NCBI RefSeq assembly: GCF_052425735.1 | Contig: NC_135758.1 | Coordinates: forward strand, 48,360,001-48,424,000 | Source: Oculina patagonica | Taxonomy: Eukaryota | Direction: 5' to 3' | Length of the DNA: 64,000 nucleotides | In this document: positions 58,177-64,000 of the stretch, piece after piece | Layout of the letters: each line of letters begins with the position of its first letter | How positions within the stretch are numbered: the stretch's first letter is position 1 | Notes under the pieces: generated by a model | Told to the model about the DNA's origin: nothing | Seen by the model: the letters and a program-made list of their open reading frames with translations, nothing else | Database searches by the model: none | Program-made: the position numbers and the translations under genes

Positions 58177-60175
58177 TCGAGAACCATATCGAGCTGCCTG
58201 TCAACTGAATATGCATTATAAACAGTCTATAACCTGACGTTTGCGCCCCGTGATGTAAGGAAGAAATAATACTTTCGTCTAAACTTTATTAAGTCTCCTT
58301 AATCGTTGTAACATTACAAAAACTGCATAATGAAAATATTTCTTAGAAGAAAACAGATAAGTGGAAATAAACTGTCCTTTTGACTTTACACAATATATTT
58401 TATTTATGGACACTTCAACAAAAAAGAATGAATGACTTCTAAGCAAGAAATAAACACCGTGTTCAAAACTCTATCACTGTCTGATAAATATTTTTCACCC
58501 CTTTACTCCACATAAACTCCTACTTTTTTGTTTATATTTATTTGCCAAGTAAACTGGTAAGCATCAACTGGAAAGGGGAACGATGATATTTAAAAGGGGA
58601 CTTTTAAATTGAAGTACGAGTGCGAGACTGAGTTAGATTGCGACGTTTGAAACCAAGTGCTTACGGTTCCGATTATCACATGTCAAATCAATCTCGTTCT
58701 GACAGTCACCTTTTTGACTGGTCAGCAACAGGGAGGAGTGAGGGCTCTAGGAACGCAACTGGCTTGCTAATGGCTTGGCTAATGGCTTGCGTCGTGTGGT
58801 TTCCCCGAATAGAAGGAATGATCCGTAGAAATTGCTCTAGGGGTTTTGAGCAGGCTTAACTTGCTCTCTATACTCCTTTTTCGCCTGCTACGTACTCTGC
58901 AGAGCACCAAACTCTTGTCGTATTAACGGAGTAGACGTATATGATTTAGAAAATTGCTGACCGAGATATCTTCTATGGGGCTAAAGAAATGGCTGAATAG
59001 CGAGTTGCTTGTATTAACGATACTGATGCACGCAAGGCGGGATTCTACTGTAGAACAATACGTAAGTCGGCTCTTCAGACTTACCTGACCATTAAGCAAA
59101 CCTACTTTGGTGATCAATTGCCATTATGATATGGCAAAATGAAACGAATATTTTTTTTGTACTTTCTTTTTACCCCAGAGTCATCTCAGAATGTTTATAT
59201 TGCAATTTAACTTACACATGTGTGACACGGTGCTAACTTTGAGGTCAGTAAAAACACTGAACGCTACAGGACCGTGTTGACCTCTTTTGTTTGTCTGCAG
59301 GTGTGGGAACCAAAAATGGCAGCCATTGGTTAAAACAGTGAAGTGTTGAGTCTCAAGAGTTTATCACATTTTAATCAATTCAGGGAACATATTTAATCCC
59401 ATGAAAGTAGGCAAAGTTTCATATCTTTTCGACTTAATGGTTTTTTAGAAAATGATAACGAGATAATGTCGACAATTTAAAATTTTTGTAGTTACTGAAT
59501 TTAAACACGGTCAAAATAGTTCAATGTTGCGGAAATTGGCATTGTGGCTGTACAGGTACTTGAAGCAAACAAAAAATCTACATGCTAAACCGTGGAAGCA
59601 TTAAGTGCATAGCCCAGGTTTATTGATTTTGAAAAAGTCGTAACTAGTCGTAACTAGTACAGTGAACACGTAAAATGTTATTTTCGTTGAAAAACGTTTT
59701 TTGCGGAGCCGTTTACTCCAGACAACCGAAATGTGAGATTTAATAATACATTGACAGAGGAGCGACCTGCCGCAGTGGAGGTGTCGAACACAAATGATCG
59801 CAATTTATCAAACAATTATGCAATTTCAGCTCGAAGTAGAACTGACCTGAGAATTTTTGATCTGAAAAGCTTGTTTGCTTGATGTGACAAGTCGCAAATC
59901 AAAGGGACCATATGCAATGTTTTGACAAGAATTTTCTGCTCTCGACGGGTGGAATTTTTTCCTGACTCCATGAAAGCTTTTCTTTTATAATATTTTGCTT
60001 AAAATGTTTAAAAAATATGCCTTATATCAATAAAGACAATCAGTTAAAAATAACCACTGAAAGTCATTTCCGGAAATGCATTAAAAACCGGATAAATGTT
60101 GGAACGGTCCTCTTGATATGTAAAACTATCTTCATGACAGGTTCATGGCAAGCTCACCCAGGCTAAACCAACACC

Positions 60176-63100
60176 TGTTAGATCTCCCAATCTGCTAGCA
60201 CTTTACACAACATCTCCCTTCCCCGACAGAAGGAGATCAGAGAACGTACAACATACCCCTCCTCCTCCTCCTCCTCCATACCCTCCTCCTTCTTTAGGAG
60301 ATAATAAAAAAAGGAACCCAAACATGTAGAAAAGGCACATTTTCAGATTGTGAGTTTCGGGTACTTTTTGTTGCGGATGAACACGGAACCACGGTCAGTT
60401 AGGACAGCAACGGTGAGGTCTACTTTCAATAACAGTCCCAAGAGGGGACCAGTCAGTGCCATTACGAGAGCGGATTGCAACACGGGATCCTAGTTTTAGG
60501 AAAACTGGTGTGATATCTCACGACTTTACCGACAGAATTAATTTTCCCTACTTCTGCCTTGTAGGATTTTCTTCCTTGTGGTGGGAGTTAGAAATCCTTA
60601 GGGTTTGGGACTCGAGGACGAAAGTCATGCAGCGCTCGGCCAAATAGTAGCTCAGCTGGCTCAAAAGAAAGTGGAGTGTGGTGAATTGCTATTAATTTTC
60701 CAAAATTCAACATGAATCATTGATCCACACTACTCGAGTAGCTTTTTGACATTCGTAACAGCTGCCTCAGCTTTGCCATTTGACTGCGCATGTATGGGTG
60801 ATGACACAGTGTATCGGAAACCCCATTCTTGTGAGAAATCTTCAAAGGCCTTACACGTGAACTGAGAGCCACCGTTAGAGTCTACATCCACAGGTATTCC
60901 AAAGCGTGAAAAAGTCTTCTTTAGTTTCTTGCTTACTTATGGGGCCTTACTTTTCTTAAGTTAGATCATGCACTTCAGTGAAAAAGGAGAAACAGTCGGT
61001 GGTAATGAGGAACTCATTTTCATCGAGGCTAAAGATCAACACCTAGCTTCTTCCGATGTCTTGTTGGTATTTGCTGCTGCTCCAGTGGTTCCTTAGAATT
61101 TACAGGAAGATGTGTCAGTTACTAGTGGTTTCACTGTTTCACTATGTCTTCGATTTCGCGATCTATGCCAGGCCAATAGATGGAAGCACGGGTACGGCGG
61201 CAAGTTTTGTCAACACCTTGATGCCCTTCGTGCAGAACCAATAGCATCTTCTTTTGTAGAGAGGATGGAATAATATTTCGTCCATTTCGTCCAGATGTAT
61301 CACAAATGGTGATACATCTGCCGGCGGTTCGCGCAACAAGGTTAAGGTTGTGACTGATGGACCAGAAAGGTTTTGCAACTGTTGCTACTACTTCTAGTGA
61401 TTAAGCCATCCACAATTTCTGTACTCTGTAACTTGAGAGAGCTGAAGGGTCTGTTTGCTGAGCTTGAAAAACTTCATGAAGTTTTCAATCGACTTACCAG
61501 TGTCAGCAAATGGTATCTTCACAGCTGCTTCAGAATGAATATTACATATCTCATCATCGAGTGATGGCTGATCCACTGGGAAACGAGACAGAGCGTCTTC
61601 TGCCAAATGAACCTTTACCCATTCTGCAGTAAACGAATATAGCAGCATTTTCATCATAAGTGGCTGGAGTCTTGGATTCACGACATCTGCAATTCCCATA
61701 AAATTGCAGATGCAGTATTGGGTGAAGTGTGGCAACCCTGAACAAACATGTCCAGGAGGCAGCAAGAGCCTCGAGTTCTATCATAGCATAGCGGCTTTCT
61801 GCAGACGTGAAGAAGCGTGAACCTGTACTGTACTATATAACACATATCGACCAAATGGTGAAATTAAGCAGGTGACGTGATTCAGCATAAAGTGGGACTT
61901 GCCAGTAATCGTGGCGAGCATCAAACGTGCAGAAGTATGCAAGCTTCTCTTAAGGAATACTGGTAACAGCTTCAAAAGGAGAGTCACTCAAATGATATTT
62001 AAGCTGGCTAAATTTATTCAAGCGAGTGAAATAAATGCATTAGTGGCCTTCTTCGGGCTCATTACGATTGGGTGATATCATGAGAGAGTTATTCGCAAGG
62101 TGAGATTTCTCCATCTCCTAAAGATGCTTCTTAAGTTACTTCAAGTAAGGGATAGGTATTTTTCTTGTCTTTAACTGAGCATAGGATGTAGCATTAGGCT
62201 TGAGATTGATCTCAAATGGTTCACCTGACATTGCAGGAAGGACAGTCTCTTCAAAGAGCTTTCTAAACTTTTAACGATGGTTGGCTCTGAGGAAGTTCCA
62301 ATCACATTTACTTGTACGTCTTCTGCTGCATGGTATATCCAGTTCAAATGAGACAAAATGTCATCATCTGGAGGCGAAGGTAGAGAGGCAAATTGCTGGT
62401 GTCAGAGTGCAGTTGGTCCTGTACTGTGCTGCTAGGTAATGCTGGACAGGGACTACCTGAAGTATTTTACAGTTGAAGATAGACAATGGCCACTTGTCAT
62501 CAATGACACTAAGAGGTGGACAGGCAGGAGTGCCAAGGACAACTCCATCCTCATCGTGGACAATGTGGAACCATTGGCTAGCTGAAACAGTTGGGTCCTC
62601 TGGGAGCCAGGAAATCTTCAGGAGTACGCGTGCTTCATCTTAAAGGTTGTGACCATCAGCAGCCTTAACAGAACCACTCTAGAGTATAGTTTCATTTAAG
62701 AGTTTTATTTGAGAAGAAAATTGGTTTTCTTAAAATGAAGTGGCTTCATCAACATAAACATGTTGAACAGTTTTCTCAAGAGTAAGATCTTTAATACATA
62801 GAAGACACTTACAAACCTCATTCGACCTTATGCTACCCACTAATCTTGCAAGAAGAACACGCTCGTTACATGACATCCTACTTTCAGCCTTGCAACAATC
62901 TTCATACTGGCATTTCTTCAACAGGGACAGTTAATCAATGTAAAGTTTTTAAAAGACTAATTTGCTTCTTGGGACCTGTTGTAAAACTCGTGTTCAACAA
63001 CAAAGATACTTGTACTTCCACATTCCTGGCTTTAGAAAGATTCAATTATAGCATTGAGCTTGTTGGGTTTTTCTTGGAAGGTCGGAGAAAGCTGTGATTG

Positions 63101-63415
63101 TCCCTGCGAAGGTTCCATCGCGCGCCAATTTGGAGTCCGTCTGGAGTAAAAGTTAAATATTAAATGAATATGAATTGAAGGTTTGGTCCAGTTGTTGTTT
63201 CTGGACTCGCACTGGTCCCCTCGGAGGGTTTTGGATTTGGACTTGGGTGGCATGTTTTTTTATAGTAGAGAAAACGTCGCCCCTAAAGCGAAGAAATGAA
63301 GCTTCTTAACTCGATGATCGAAAGCGATAATGGCCGCCCAACTCGTTGTCGACTACGCCGTGTTGGATAGCTAGACCACGGGGTCTCCCCCAGTCCCCTA
63401 GCACATAACATAACA
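60176..63415 (-). mobile_element. Decayed Ty3/Gypsy LTR retrotransposon
   Basis: Integrase core FSRFGIPVDVDSNGGSQF...WGF...SSPIHAQSNGKAEAAV (60759-60930); PAELLFGR; RNase H YAMIELEALA, PRLQ..ALSR (61570-61790); gag-like start MPPKSK at 63253; PBS-like CGGCGTAGTCGAC; PPT GGGGAAGGGAGA; ACACC direct repeat on both sides. Confidence 0.85.
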
Positions 63416-64000
63416 ACACCTGTTGTGTTGTCTTGGCTCCTGAACATGTTTCCCCCAATATGATTTCACTTTTTTGACATTTGTGATCATTTAAGCGAAA
63501 TCGTTTCCGACCCATTTAAGTGCTTTAGGGTAACCACATTTCTATTTTAAGACCTGGTGACAAAGACAATATCAATTAATTATGAAACCATGACTATAAC
63601 CGTTTTACCTGTATGTTAGAAACTCTATTGCAATTGACGCTCGCAGTGTGCCCTGGCTTTGAGAAGAAGGTAAGAAAAACGTTTATGTCAATTAACCAGT
63701 TTTAACCACTGGCTATAAGTCTACTGTAATTAAAGTGTTTTTTTTACTCTTTTAAACATATTTTTTGTTAGGTCGTTGTTTGAAGATTCCGTATCCGTAA
63801 TGTAACAAGATATCTGATTTCTGCTTGTTTTATGATCTGGTTAATATAAACCAAACATGCTTGTCACTCCTTCGTTTGAAATCTTATTATGTTTGAAGGA
63901 CAAAAGAAAAATAAAAAAAATAAAAAAAGTCAAGAATTCCTAACATCGATAACAATGATAATAATCGGTAACAATTAAAACAATCAAAATTGGTAACTTG

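Noticed and set aside
63640-63800. Possible 5' exons of a further gene (AAG|GTAAGA ... TTTGTTAG|G)
   Set aside because: Splice-like signals only, with no supportable ORF inside the window.

Overview
AT-rich, intron-containing animal DNA. The repeat families and gene content suggest a cnidarian, probably a stony coral (inference). The main feature is a ~39 kb tandem cluster of six paralogous ANTP-class/NKL homeobox genes (7.4-46.1 kb; orientation -,-,-,+,+,-). Each has two coding exons split by a short phase-1 intron. Exon 1 carries an eh1 (Groucho-binding) motif; exon 2 carries a T47/Q50/T54 BarH/Tlx-like homeodomain. Five of the six share a C-terminal 'NLQV[VM]x[SA]N' motif that I do not recognise. 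Three genes (and a fourth in part) share a proximal promoter module better conserved than their exon-1 coding sequence. It contains TAATTG, TAAAYG, TGACAG, CCGGATG and AAGTGG sites. An intronless class A GPCR lies inside the cluster. Head-to-head with the last homeobox gene is a gene the ORF track nearly misses: about 20 coding exons encoding a ~453-aa secreted protein. It has a His/Lys/Arg-rich N-terminus followed by 16 consecutive symmetric phase-1 mini-exons (24-84 nt), one apparently with a GA donor. The rest is repeats: RTE, L2 and Penelope remnants, tRNA-derived SINEs, MITEs, a decayed Ty3/Gypsy element with very short LTR-like ends, a 1.2 kb tandem duplication and two assembly gaps. All gene models were assembled by eye from splice signals and need RNA-seq confirmation.
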